A stretch of DNA of 64,000 nucleotides from Macrostomum lignano (Eukaryota): contig NIVC01001561.1 of NCBI GenBank assembly GCA_002269645.1, positions 186,001-250,000 on the forward strand. Direction: 5' to 3'. The notes beneath the pieces are model-generated. The model saw only the letters and a program-made list of their open reading frames with translations. It had not been told where the DNA came from and searched no databases. Shown piece after piece: positions 1 to 15,120 of this stretch. Position 1 is the first letter of the stretch. Every line of letters starts with the position of its first letter. Position numbers and translations under genes: made by a program.

Positions 1-869
1 CCCAGTGTCGCAATGGATGATCCCATCTCCCAGCAATGGATGATCCTATCTCCCAGTGTCGCAATGGATGATCCCATCTCCCAGCAATGGATGATCCTAT
101 CTCCCAGTGTCGCAATGGATGATCCCATCTCCCAGTGTCGCAATGGATGATCCCATCTCCCAGCAATGGATGATCCTATCTCCCAGTGTCGCAATGGATG
201 ATCCCATCTCCCAGCAATGGATGATCCCATCTCCCAGCAATGGATGATCCTATCTCCCAGTGTCGCAATGGATGATCCCATCTCCCAGCAATGGATGATC
301 CTATCTCCCAGTGTCGCAATGGATGATCCCATCTCCCAGCAATGGATGATCCTATCTCCCAGTGTCGCAATGGATGATCCCATCTCCCAGCAATGGATGA
401 TCCTATCTCCCAGTGTCGCAATGGATGATCCCATCTCCCAGCAATGGATGATCCTATCTCCCAGCAATGGATGATCCCATCTCCCAGCAATGGATGATCC
501 TATCTCCCAGCAATGGATGATCCCATCTCCCAGCAATGGATGATCCTATCTCCCAGCAATGGATGATCCCATCTCCCAGCAATGGATGATCCTATCTCCC
601 AGTGTCGCAATGGATGATCCCATCTCCCAGCAATGGATGATCCTATCTCCCAGTGTCGCAATGGATGATCCCATCTCCCAGCAATGGATGATCCTATCTC
701 CCAGCAATGGATGATCCTATCTCCCAGCAATGGATGGTCCCATCTCCCAGCAATGGATGGTCCCATCTCCCAGCAATGGATGGTCCCATCTCCCAGCAAT
801 GGATGGTCCCATCTCCCAGCTATGGATGATCCCATCTCCCAGCTATGGATGATCCCATCTCCCAGCAGT
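1..869. repeat. Intronic minisatellite, 23-bp unit CCCAGCAATGGATGATCCCATCT with a 28-bp variant (+TGTCG)
   Basis: Head-to-tail copies run to within about 25 nt of the groucho acceptor. Confidence 0.97.
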
Positions 870-875
870 GGATGA

Positions 876-1900
<1,025 letters not shown>

Positions 1901-1917
1901 ATGCACTCCTTCAGTAG

Positions 1918-2274
<357 letters not shown>

Positions 2275-2282
2275 TGATGCTA

Positions 2283-5200
2283 GATCATCCAGAGTGATTA
2301 TTGATCATCCAGAGTCACTCTTGATCATCCAGAGTGATTATTGATCATCCAGAGTGATTCTTGATCATCTAGAGTGATTATTGATCATCCAGAGTGATTA
2401 TTGATCATCCAGTGTGACTATTGATCATTCAGTGTGATTCTTCATCATCCAGAGTGATTATTGATCATCCAGAGTGATTCTTCATCATCCAGAGTGATTA
2501 TTGATCATCCAGAGTGATTATTGATCATCCAGAGTGATTATTGATCATCCAGAGTGATTCTTCATCATCCAGAGTGATTATTGATCATCCAGAGTGATTC
2601 TTCATCATCCAGAGTGATTATTGATCAGCCAGAGTGATTATTGATCATCCAGAGTGATTATTGATCATCCAGAGTGATTATTGATCATCCAGAGTGATTA
2701 TTGATCATCCAGAGTGATTCTTCATCATCCAGAGTGATTCTTCATCATCCAGAGTGATTATTGATCATCCAGAGTGATTCTTGATCATCCAGAGTGATTA
2801 TTGATCATCCAGAGTGATTATTGATCATCCAGAGTGATTATTGATCATCCAGAGTGATTCTTGATCATCCAGAGTGATTATTGATCATCCAGAGTGATTC
2901 TTGATCATCCAGAGTGATTATTGATCATCCAGAGTGATTATTGATCATCCAGAGTGATTATTGATCATCCAGTGTGACTCTTGATCATCCAGAGTGATTA
3001 TTGATCATCCAGAGTGATTATTGATCATCCAGTGTGACTCTTGATCATCCAGAGTGATTCTTGATCATCTAGAGTGATTATTGATCATCCAGAGTGATTA
3101 TTGATCATCCAGAGTGATTATTGATCATCCAGAGTGATTATTGATCATCCAGAGTGATTATTGATCATCCAGAGTGATTATTGATCATCCAGAGTGATTA
3201 TTGATCATCCAGTGTGACTCTTGATCATCCAGAGTGATTATTGATCATCCAGAGTGATTATTGATCATCCAGAGTGATTATTGATCATCCAGAGTGATTA
3301 TTGATCATCCAGAGTGATTCTTGATCATCCAGAGTGATTATTGATCATCCAGAGTGATTATTGATCATCCAGAGTGATTATTGATCATCCAGAGTGATTA
3401 TTGATCATCCAGAGTGATTATTGATCATCCAGAGTGATTATTGATCATCCAGAGTGATTATTGATCATCCAGAGTGATTATTGATCATCCAGAGTGATTA
3501 TTGATCATCCAGAGTGATTATTGATCATCCAGAGTGATTATTGATCATCCAGAGTGATTATTGATCATCCAGAGTGATTATTGATCATCCAGAGTGATTA
3601 TTGATCATCCAGAGTGATTATTGATCATCCAGTGTGACTCTTGATCATCCAGAGTGATTATTGATCATCCAGAGTGATTATTGATCATCCAGAGTGATTA
3701 TTGATCATCCAGAGTGATTATTGATCATCCAGAGTGATTATTGATCATCCAGTGTGACTCTTGATCATCCAGAGTGATTATTGATCATCCAGAGTGATTA
3801 TTGATCATCCAGAGTGATTATTGATCATCCAGAGTGATTATTGATCATCCAGAGTGATTATTGATCATCCAGAGTGATTATTGATCATCCAGAGTGATTC
3901 TTCATCATCCAGAGTGATTATTGATCATCCAGAGTGATTATTGATCATCCAGAGTGATTATTGATCATCCAGAGTGATTATTGAACATCCAGAGTGATTA
4001 TTGATCATCCAGAGTGATTCTTGATCATCCAGAGTGATTATTGATCATCCAGAGTGATTATTGATCATCCAGAGTGATTATTGATCATCCAGAGTGATTA
4101 TTGATCATCCAGAGTGATTATTGATCATCCAGAGTGATTATTGATCATCCAGAGTGATTATTGATCATCCAGTGTGACTCTTGATCATCCAGAGTGATTA
4201 TTGATCATCCAGAGTGATTATTGATCATCCAGAGTGATTATTGATCATCCAGAGTGATTATTGATCATCCAGAGTGATTATTGATCATCCAGAGTGATTA
4301 TTGATCATCCAGAGTGATTCTTGATCATCTAGAGTGATTATTGATCATCCAGAGTGATTATTGATCATCCAGAGTGATTATTGATCATCCAGAGTGATTC
4401 TTCATCATCCAGAGTGATTATTGATCATCCAGAGTGATTCTTGATCATCCAGAGTGATTATTGATCATCCAGAGTGATTCTTGATCATCCAGAGTGATTA
4501 TTGATCATCCAGAGTGATTATTGATCATCCAGTGTGACTCTTGATCATCCAGAGTGATTATTGATCATCCAGAGTGATTATTGATCATCCAGAGTGATTA
4601 TTGATCATCCAGAGTGATTATTGATCATCCAGAGTGATTATTGATCATCCAGAGTGATTCTTCATCATCCAGAGTGATTATTGATCATCCAGAGTGATTA
4701 TTGATCATCCAGAGTGATTATTGATCATCCAGAGTGATTATTGATCATCCAGAGTGATTATTGATCATCCAGAGTGATTCTTGATCATCCAGAGTGATTA
4801 TTGATCATCCAGAGTGATTATTGATCATCCAGAGTGATTATTGATCATCCAGAGTGATTATTGATCATCCAGAGTGATTATTGATCATCCAGAGTGATTA
4901 TTGATCATCCAGTGTGACTCTTGATCATCCAGAGTGATTATTGATCATCCAGAGTGATTATTGATCATCCAGAGTGATTATTGATCATCCAGAGTGATTA
5001 TTGATCATCCAGTGTGACTCTTGATCATCCAGAGTGATTATTGATCATCCAGAGGATTATTGATCATCCAGAGTGATTATTGATCATCCAGAGTGATTCT
5101 TCATCATCCAGAGTGATTCTTCATCATCCAGAGTGATTATTGATCATCCAGAGTGATTCTTGATCATCCAGAGTGATTCTTCATCATCCAGAGTGATTAT

Positions 5201-8200
5201 TGATCATCCAGAGTGATTCTTGATCATCCAGAGTGATTATTGATCATCCAGAGTGATTATTGATCATCCAGAGTGATTATTGATCATCCAGAGTGATTAT
5301 TGATCATCCAGTGTGACTCTTGATCATCCAGAGTGATTATTGATCATCCAGAGTGATTATTGATCATCCAGTGTGACTCTTGATCATCCAGAGTGATTAT
5401 TGATCATCCAGAGTGATTATTGATCATCCAGAGTGATTATTGATCATCCAGAGTGATTATTGATCATCCAGAGTGATTATTGATCATCCAGAGTGATTAT
5501 TGATCATCCAGAGTGATTCTTGATCATCTAGAGTGATTTTTGATCATCCAGAGTGATTATTGATCATCCAGTGTGACTCTTGATCATCCAGAGTGATTAT
5601 TGATCATCCAGTGTGACTCTTGATCATCCAGAGTGATTATTGATCATCCAGAGTGATTATTGATCATCCAGAGTGATTATTGATCATCCAGAGTGATTCT
5701 TCATCATCCAGAGTGATTCTTCATCATCCAGAGTGATTATTGATCATCCAGAGTGATTCTTGATCATCCAGAGTGATTATTGATCATCCAGAGTGATTAT
5801 TGATCATCCAGAGTGATTATTGATCATCCAGAGTGATTATTGATCATCCAGTGTGACTCTTGATCATCCAGAGTGATTATTGATCATCCAGAGTGATTAT
5901 TGATCATCCAGAGTGATTATTGATCATCCAGAGTGATTATTGATCATCCAGAGTGATTATTGATCATCCAGTGTGACTCTTGATCATCCAGAGTGATTAT
6001 TGATCATCCAGAGTGATTATTGATCATCCAGAGTGATTATTGATCATCCAGAGTGATTATTGATCATCCAGAGTGATTATTGATCATCCAGAGTGATTAT
6101 TGATCATCCAGAGTGATTCTTCATCATCCAGAGTGATTATTGATCATCCAGAGTGATTATTGATCATCCAGAGTGATTATTGATCATCCAGAGTGATTAT
6201 TGATCATCCAGAGTGATTATTGATCATCCAGAGTGATTCTTGATCATCCAGAGTGATTATTGATCATCCAGAGTGATTATTGATCATCCAGAGTGATTAT
6301 TGATCATCCAGAGTGATTATTGATCATCCAGAGTGATTATTGATCATCCAGAGTGATTATTGATCATCCAGTGTGACTCTTGATCATCCAGAGTGATTAT
6401 TGATCATCCAGAGTGATTATTGATCATCCAGAGTGATTATTGATCATCCAGAGTGATTATTGATCATCCAGAGTGATTATTGATCATCCAGAGTGATTAT
6501 TGATCATCCAGAGTGATTCTTGATCATCTAGAGTGATTATTGATTATCCAGAGTGATTATTGATCATCCAGAGTGATTATTGATCATCCAGAGTGATTCT
6601 TCATCATCCAGAGTGATTATTGATCATCCAGAGTGATTCTTGATCATCCAGAGTGATTATTGATCATCCAGAGTGATTATTGATCATCCAGAGTGATTAT
6701 TGATCATCCAGAGTGATTATTGATCATCCAGTGTGACTCTTGATCATCCAGAGTGATTATTGATCATCCAGAGTGATTATTGATCATCCAGTGTGACTCT
6801 TGATCATCCAGAGTGATTATTGATCATCCAGAGTGATTATTGATCATCCAGAGTGATTATTGATCATCCAGAGTGATTATTGATCATCCAGAGTGATTAT
6901 TGATCATCCAGAGTGATTATTGATCATCCAGAGTGATTCTTGATCATCTAGAGTGATTTTTTATCATCCAGAGTGATTATTGATCATCCAGTGTGACTCT
7001 TGATCATCCAGAGTGATTATTGATCATCCAGAGTGATTATTGATCATCCAGAGTGATTATTGATCATCCAGAGTGATTATTGATCATCCAGAGTGATTAT
7101 TGATCATCCAGAGTGATTATTGATCATCCAGAGTGATTATTGATCATCCAGTGTGACTCTTGATCATCCAGAGTGATTATTGATCATCCAGAGTGATTAT
7201 TGATCATCCAGAGTGATTATTGATCATCCAGAGTGATTATTGATCATCCAGAGTGATTATTGATCATCCAGTGTGACTCTTGATCATCCAGAGTGATTAT
7301 TGATCATCCAGAGTGATTATTGATCATCCAGAGTGATTATTGATCATCCAGAGTGATTATTGATCATCCAGAGTGATTATTGATCATCCAGTGTGACTCT
7401 TGATCATCCAGAGTGATTATTGATCATCCAGAGGGATTATTGATCATCCAGAGTGATTATTGATCATCCAGAGTGATTCTTCATCATCCAGAGTGATTCT
7501 TCATCATCCAGAGTGATTATTGATCATCCAGAGTGATTCTTGATCATCCAGAGTGATTATTGATCATCCAGAGTGATTATTGATCATCCAGAGTGATTAT
7601 TGATCATCCAGAGTGATTATTGATCATCCAGTGTGACTCTTGATCATCCAGAGTGATTATTGATCATCCAGAGTGATTATTGATCATCCAGAGTGATTAT
7701 TGATCATCCAGAGTGATTATTGATCATCCAGAGTGATTATTGATCATCCAGAGTGATTATTGATCATCCAGTGTGACTCTTGATCATCCAGAGTGATTAT
7801 TGATCATCCAGAGTGATTATTGATCATCCAGAGTGATTATTGATCATCCAGAGTGATTATTGATCATCCAGAGTGATTATTGATCATCCAGAGTGATTCT
7901 TGATCATCTAGAGTGATTATTGATCATCCAGAGTGATTATTGATCATCCAGTGTGACTCTTGATCATCCAGAGTGATTATTGATCATCCAGAGTGATTAT
8001 TGATCATCCAGAGTGATTATTGATCATCCAGAGTGATTATTGATCATCCAGAGTGATTATTGATCATCCAGAGTGATTATTGATCATCCAGAGTGATTAT
8101 TGATCATCCAGAGTGATTCTTGATCATCTAGAGTGATTATTGATCATCCAGAGTGATTATTGATCATCCAGTGTGACTCTTGATCATCCAGAGTGATTAT

Positions 8201-8897
8201 TGATCATCCAGAGTGATTATTGATCATCCAGAGTGATTATTGATCATCCAGAGTGATTATTAATCATCCAGAGTGATTATTGATCATCCAGAGTGATTAT
8301 TGATCATCCAGTGTGACTCTTGATCATCCAGAGTGATTATTGATCATCCAGAGTGATTATTGATCATCCAGAGTGATTATTGATCATCCAGAGTGATTAT
8401 TGATCATCCAGAGTGATTATTGATCATCCAGAGTGATTATTGATCATCCAGAGTGATTCTTGATCATCTAGAGTGATTATTGATCATCCAGAGTGATTAT
8501 TGATCATCCAGTGTGACTCTTGATCATCCAGAGTGATTATTGATCATCCAGAGTGATTATTGATCATCCAGAGTGATTATTGATCATCCAGAGTGATTAT
8601 TGATCATCCAGAGTGATTATTGATCATCCAGAGTGATTATTGATCATCCAGAGTGATTATTGATCATCCAGAGTGATTATTGATCATCCAGAGTGATTAT
8701 TGATCATCCAGTGTGACTCTTGATCATCCAGAGTGATTATTGATCATCCAGAGTGATTATTGATCATCCAGAGTGATTATTGATCATCCAGTGTGACTCT
8801 TGATCATCCAGAGTGATTATTGATCATCCAGAGTGATTATTGATCATCCAGAGTGATTATTGATCATCCAGAGTGATTATTGATCATCCAGAGTGAA
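2283..8897. repeat. 20-bp satellite TTGATCATCCAGAGTGATTA, about 330 copies, filling the last groucho intron
   Basis: Direct reading; a few recurring variants (GATTC, TTCATC, GTGTGACTC, CATCTAG); 1-nt deletion near 5054. Confidence 0.99.
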
Positions 8898-8923
8898 AGA
8901 GTAATATTGATTATTTACATTAA

Positions 8924-9115
<192 letters not shown>

Positions 9116-9699
9116 TTGCGTGGCTTCTATGTACTATTATTTTTTTCATCAACAATGCCCGTCTATATTCACTCTGTAAATCCATAATTAATTTAGAATA
9201 CTAGAATATTCGTTGCAAAACCCTTTTTAATCTGTTAGCGACTTTCAAGTAATTTACTCGCAGATATTATTGTGATGATAATAATAAACAATCACTGATC
9301 ATCCATGACTGTTTGCCTTTCTCTTATTTTTAACTTAAAATAAATTGCTTTCTGATTATTTGTTTATCTATGCAAATTAACACCGGCGGGGGGTTAGATC
9401 TCCCCCAAATTCTAATTTTCTTGAGGGCCTGTCTGGCCAGTCCCTGTGCATTTCTAACGAGTTGTCGCTCTGGTTTTTGTGTCTGTGTAAAAATTTGTTT
9501 AAATATCGCTTAATCATGTATCATAGCTGAATTTATGTTTAAAACGCATACTATTGTCTTCTGTGTAGCTGAAAGTAGTCTGTTTAGCGTGTTCCAAGGT
9601 GTGCGTTTTCTCTATCATTTTGCTGCCAGTCGAGCGGCCTTAAATACCCCTTGAAATACCCAGAGACAGCATGCTAAATAACCCATGAAATACCCACAG

Positions 9700-10148
9700 A
9701 CACACAGGCTTAATGCCCCTCGATTCCCGCAGACATGCTGAATACCCCCTCGATTCCCGCAGACATGTTAAATACCCCCTCGATTCCCGCAGACATGCTA
9801 AATGCCCCCTCGATTCCCGCAGACATGCTAAATGCCCCCTCGATTCCCGCAGACATGCTAAATACCCCCTCGATTCCCGCAGACATGCTAAATACCCCCT
9901 CGATTCCCGCAGACATGCTAAATATCCCCTCGATTCCTGCAGACATGTTAAATACCCCCTCGATTCCCGCAGACATGCTAAATATCCCCTCGATTCCTGC
10001 AGACATGCTAAATACCCCCTCGATTCCTGCAGACATGCTAAATGCCCCTCGATTCCTGCAGACATGCTAAATACCCCTCGATTCCTGCAGACATGCTAAA
10101 TACCCCCTCGATTCCTGCAGACATGCTAAGTACCCCCTCGATTCCCGC
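9700..10148. repeat. 30-bp minisatellite CGATTCCCGCAGACATGCTAAATACCCCCT, about 14 copies
   Basis: Tandem copies; explains the ORFs at 9640-10099. Confidence 0.95.
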
Positions 10149-11164
10149 ACTTAAATTCTCATGGCAGCTGGATGATGAAGCCAGCGCAAGGATAATTTTT
10201 TTAAAATTGTTTATTTGTGTTTTGTTTTACTATTATCATGGAAAATTCTGCTCGTTAACATTGAAATGATTGAAATTGTACTTGCTGACCTCAGTAAGTT
10301 ATTATAATATTTATTTACTGGTACTTCAGACTGTAACATACGGCAGCCATTTATTAGCATCTGATTTTTTCAATTTTTATCATTTAACTTTGTTTTAATT
10401 TAATCGGACGGTTTTCATTCTTTTTTGCTCGCTTTTTTGATGAACAAATTTAACTGGGCATATTTCTCAGATGAATAAAATCACACCCTGCTGTCATCTG
10501 TGTCTGTTGTTTCTTATTTAACTGTTGGTTTTGTTTGTCCTATTTTTTATGTTCTACACAGTTTTAATCACTCCTTAATTATACTCAAATGCATACGTGT
10601 GTTGTACATAATACGGGCATCTGATACATTACTACGAGTAATATAAAGTGCATAATTGAGCTGTAGTAATGCCATTTTTAAAAAAAGCATGTTTTATTCG
10701 TGTTACCCTAAATTCTAACTGGTCCCCGTGACATAATTTTGTGTTTTTCAAATTTTTTATCTGTTCAAAACAATGCGTGTGGGCTCCTATAATTGCCTCT
10801 GTCTGTCTGTCTGTCCTGACTGATTTTCGAGCCCTTTGTCGGCCAGTGTAGTCGGTCACCCTGTCCTAATCCCAATGTTTTGCTTCTTATTACAGCATCT
10901 TTATCGCATAGCCGCTTGCAACCACTGCAACAATAGAAAAATGAACAACAAATAGAATTGTTTTAGTTCAATGCAGCCCGATAATGCAATTGTGGCGGAG
11001 AGTGACTGATTAGCTCAGAAATGCTTGCTTGTCAGTGTTTCAATATTTATTATTTTAGTACTAGCACCCCCCTGCCACGATGTGCTCACGGATCTGACAA
11101 TGCCAAGACAGTTTTATTGAGCTAATTCAATCAAGGGGGCTTCATGTTCTTTGTTTCACCAATG

Positions 11165-11535
11165 AACTGAGCCATGGCATCTCAGCAACTCCCCATTGAG
11201 CCATGGCATCTCAGCAACTCCCCATTGAGCCATGGCATCTCAGCAACTCCCCATTGAGCCATGGCACCTCAGCAACTCCCCATTGAGCCAATTAGCATCT
11301 CAGCAACTCCCCATTGAGCCAATTAGCATCTCAGCAACTCCCCATTGAGCCAATTAGCATCTCAGCAACTCCCCATTGAGCCAATTAGCATCTCAGCAAC
11401 TCCCCATTGAGCCAATTAGCACCTCAGCAACTCCCCATTGAGCCAATTGGCAACTCAGCAACTCCCCATTGAGCCAATTGGCATCTCAGCAACTCCCCAT
11501 CGAGCCATGGCACCTCAGCAACTCCTCATTGAGCC
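11165..11535. repeat. 29/31-bp minisatellite GAGCCATGGCATCTCAGCAACTCCCCATT, about 12 copies
   Basis: Tandem copies with an AATTAG variant block. Confidence 0.95.
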
Positions 11536-12652
11536 TTTGGCTTCTTAGCAACCTCCTTTGAGCCTTGGCTCGGACACAAGCTAAAGGCCCACCTGAGAAA
11601 CTGACAGCCAAAATGTATTGAACATTTTATAACTACGAGCGTAGAATTTACTAGAAGCTTTCTATCGTTATTGTCTCGGTTTGTAACCATGGAGGCATTT
11701 CCAAGGATTAATAAGAAGCCTCTGTAATAACTACTTTTCATACAAAACAAGTGTTTTAATGGGCATAGCTATTATGATTGTGTATTGATATTACAATATT
11801 ACACCGTATTGATATTGTATTTACTGTCAAGCTCGAATGTAAAACCGAATCACACAAACGTTGATGTGGCGAATTATTGATTTTCAGTTCGAATCGAATA
11901 TTGCTTTTATTTCTTACTACGCGATGCGGGCAAGCAAAATTGCAGCGGATTATGCAATAGGACAGCCAACCGGCGCAATTTCATAATTCCTACAATACTT
12001 CAGTACTAGCATTTCAGCGAATAGAAAGGGGGGTGCCGTACTCGACAAAAGGCATTGTCGCACCCGAGCGAATGTGTAAAGAGCGGAACTAAGAGGAGTG
12101 ACAGTAAAATAAAACAGTAAAAAAACTTTTAGCAAATTTTGCACCCAATAAAAGCCAGTGGATTGGTAGTTTGGTCAAAAAGACACAGAAAATGATAGTA
12201 TAGAAAGTGTGAAATTGTATCAAGAAAATGCTGCTTTAATTCAGCGTAAAAGCGTCAATCATAGCATGCTGGTTTAAGTCATCATATGAGCAAAGCGACA
12301 TGTACAAGACAATAGTTTACTAAATTAAAAAACCAAAAAGCATTCGCAAAGCTATCATTAGTATTATAAGCTCGCACAATATAGTATATAAACTTATTAA
12401 ACTCTTGAATTTGATAAAAATTGCATTGGGTGTTCGCCACTATTCGGATGAGCATATTATTTATTAGAGTAAAATTTAGACAAACAAAATGCACACAAAC
12501 TGCATATCTTAGCGCAGTCATATTAGATGGCTATAGAGTGTACAATGTGCCAATTAAGAAGCTGACGAGCAGACTGCGACCGTTCAGTGACATCGAGAGC
12601 CCCGGTGCCACTCCCAAGGAACGAACTAAGAAGCGACAATGACTTGCCAGGG

Positions 12653-12907
12653 TCACTCGTCGGAGTGCTTGAAAAAGCACCGGCTGCCGAACACGCAGCT
12701 GCCAGTGCGTTTGTAGTTCTGGCAGATCTGCGTCTTGAATTTGGGATGCCGATGCGGTTGGCGCAGCTCCTGCGGGCCGTGCGCGAAGTGGCAGTGATCG
12801 CCCGCTGGACAGTTGCGGTTCTTCTGCCAGTGCAGACAGGGCAGCGTCTTGTAGCGCACGTTGTAAATCGCGTCCTCCTTCTTCGGCTTGCTGCAACGCT
12901 GCTGGGC
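12653..12907 (-). CDS. Tandem CCCH protein, exon 4 with the tandem zinc-finger (TZF) domain
   Basis: aatttcttacag acceptor; RYKTLPC-x8-C-x5-C-x3-H, 18-aa linker, KFKTQIC-x8-C-x5-C-x3-H: the spacing of the tristetraprolin/TIS11 family. AATAAA on the minus strand at 12460-12465. Confidence 0.9.
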   Translation of the reverse strand, partial: AQQRCSKPKKEDAIYNVRYKTLPCLHWQKNRNCPAGDHCHFAHGPQELRQPHRHPKFKTQICQNYKRTGSCVFGSRCFFKHSDE

Positions 12908-13217
12908 CTGTAAGAAATTAAACAGACCAAGCCAGCATCTTTTATAGTACTTAGAATACTTGCGCATGGACAACTGAAGTGGGACGCTACTCTCGGTTTT
13001 CTTAGAAATGAGCTGCAAGCCGGAAAAATAACGTATATTCGTCGTATTCTAGTATTGCACTCGGATTTTTATTTCCCAAAATTGGCGTTTTTTAGTATAG
13101 CATACGACCTACTAAATACACTAGCAGTCTTTATTGGCCTCCAGCTCATTTCTTAGAAAATCGAGCGCTGTATCTCGATAAAGTCTGCATGCTGCACGTC
13201 GACCACACTTTTCTTAC

Positions 13218-13617
13218 CTGTACAGTCCGGCTGCCAATCCGCAACTCGTCGCCGTCCTCGCTGTCTGACCAGGCGGCTTCGACCATAGACAGCAGCGTGT
13301 CAGCCAGGACAATCCGACTCTCGGCCTCTTCGCGCTGCTTGACGCCGCTGCTAGAGGAGTCGGCGGTCACGGGCGGCGGCTCGCGATCGTAGCTGCTGCG
13401 AAATTCGTCCTCCATGACGGCGGCCTCGTCCGATGCGGCCTCGAATGCGGCCGCGCTGCTCCAGTCTAGAGCGCCTAGCCAGCGGACCGCACTGTCCAGC
13501 TCTTCCTGGAGGCTGCGCCGGCACAGATGCGCTGCGGCGGTCTCGTCTAGCAGGCGGGTCTGGCCACGCGGAAGAACGACGGCGTAGGGAGAATTCCGCT
13601 GTTGCTGAGCGGCTGAC
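13218..13617 (-). CDS. Tandem CCCH protein, exon 3
   Basis: tctctcgacgcag acceptor; SAAQQQRNSPY...IGSRTVQ; donor CAG|GTAAGA (phase 0); phases match both neighbours. Confidence 0.75.
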
Positions 13618-13644
13618 CTGCGTCGAGAGAAGTCAAGTAGAGTA

Positions 13645-13987
13645 TTCTGTCGTGACCCCTTCTGTCGTGACCCCTTCTGTCGTGACCCCTTCTGTCGTGA
13701 CCCCTTCTGTCGTGACCCCTTCTGTCGTGACCCCTTCTGTCGTGACCCCTTCTGTCGTGACCCCTTCTGTCGTGACCCCTTCTGTCGTGACCCCTTCTGT
13801 CGTGACCCCTTCTGTCGTGACCCCTTCTGTCGTGACCCCTTCTGTCGTGACCCCTTCTGTCGTGACCCCTTCTGTCGTGACCCCTTCTGTCGTGACCCCT
13901 TCTGTCGTGACCCCTTCTGTCGTGACCCCTTCTGTCGTGACCCCTTCTGTCGTGACCCCTTCTGTCGTGACCCCTTCTGTCGTGACC
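13645..13987. repeat. Perfect 15-bp array TTCTGTCGTGACCCC, about 23 copies, in intron 2 of the CCCH gene
   Basis: No variant units seen; occupies about 90% of a 383-nt intron. Confidence 0.98.
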
Positions 13988-14000
13988 ACAAAATGCTCAC

Positions 14001-14208
14001 TTGGATGGAGAAGCAGCTCGCGAGGCCCGTCGTGACTGAACTGCGGATGCTGCAGCAGAAGCGCCTGCGGAAGCCACTCCGGAAGCGACATTGGATACCG
14101 TTGTAGAAGCGAGTCTTGCCCGCGCACAAGCTGTAGGTGATGGGGCACGGCTGTGCAGCGCCGAAGTGGCGCGCGAGGCGTAGCACGAGTCAGAGGTGGC
14201 AGGACGGC
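14001..14208 (-). CDS. Tandem CCCH protein, exon 2
   Basis: tttcag acceptor; (G)RPATSDSCYASR...AASPS; donor AA|GTGAGC (phase 2). Confidence 0.7.
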
Positions 14209-14394
14209 CTGAAAGTGCCAATGATAAACAATTAAATTTATTTGCAAAACAGGTGCTAACAAGTGTAACCGATTTTCCAAGAAATAGTCTCGTATTTAAG
14301 GACTATTAGTCTATTACTAATACTTGTTATTTCCCCTTTCGATTAAAAAAAAATCATGGATTTATTTACGATTTCCAAGCAGCAAATTTCTTAC

Positions 14395-14643
14395 CTGAAA
14401 CTTTCGTCTGATGATTAAGATTCGTGCTCGGTAACTGAGACTGTGGAGGCATTGGTCGCTTGTTAACTGGCCTCACGGGTGAGCAGGACCTGCTGGCCGA
14501 ACCAGAGGGCAGGGCGGAGCCGTACCTTGACGCATAGTGCGACGCGTAGGCTGAGTCGGTGGCCGAATGGACCAACACGGTGCCCTCTGGTGCATGGCTC
14601 TGGTGCTGCTGAAGGAGGCTCCGAGGATGATGAGACTTCGGCG

Positions 14644-14680
<37 letters not shown>

Positions 14681-14881
14681 GGTAATTGCTGGAGGAGGCG
14701 GCGGAGGTGGCGGCATTGATGTCAGCGGTAGGCGTCTAACGGTAGCGACGCCCGCTACTGGCAGTGCGGCCGAGCCGGCGCAGTAGATCAAAGGCGCCGC
14801 CGCCGCTGCTGCCGCCGCAGGTCGGCTACCAGGCGAGGCCAGCTGCACCATTCCGAAGGCGGAGTTGGAAGTGACGATCAT
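14395..14881 (-). CDS. Tandem CCCH (ZFP36/TIS11-like) RNA-binding protein, exon 1 (low complexity, poly-A/P/Q)
   Basis: ATG at 14881, open frame to donor TCAG|GTAAG (phase 1), which joins in frame to the next exon. Confidence 0.7.
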
Positions 14882-15107
14882 GGCTTATCAAGCAGGTTTG
14901 TTGAATTAATAATTTAGCTGGCGCTGTATTAAGTGTCAGCTGGTCTAGTTTTGTATTAAAAGCCCACGACAGCAGTCATGGCAAATTTATGCCGCAATTT
15001 TTTAGTTTTTATTCTGCACTGACCATGGGGGGCCCGGCGTCTCACATGAAGTGAGTGCCTCGCCAGTGCCGACAAGACTAAGCTGTGTGGGGGTGGTATG
15101 GCCTAAT

Positions 15108-15120
15108 TTGATTGGCTAGC
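15108..15120 (-). promoter_or_regulatory. Possible CCAAT (NF-Y) box upstream of the CCCH gene
   Basis: AGCCAATCA on the minus strand about 230 nt upstream of the ATG; similar motifs occur elsewhere, so support is weak. Confidence 0.25.

Noticed and set aside
176-875. Periodic ORFs (HPLRHWEIGSS / MDDPISQQW)
   Set aside because: Translations of the 23/28-bp intronic array; open on both strands with no homology.
2283-8897. CRISPR-like appearance of regular repeats
   Set aside because: Units are head-to-tail without unique spacers, there are no cas genes, and the context is a eukaryotic intron. The same applies to every array in the window.
12200-12652. AU-rich elements for autoregulation in the CCCH gene 3' UTR
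   Set aside because: No UUAUUUAUU nonamer or clustered AUUUA seen on the transcribed strand.
13146-14186. 346-aa ORF with SRQKG repeats
   Set aside because: Read-through of exon 3 into the 15-bp intronic array. The spliced model uses a different frame for exon 2, and retention hits TGA at 13997.
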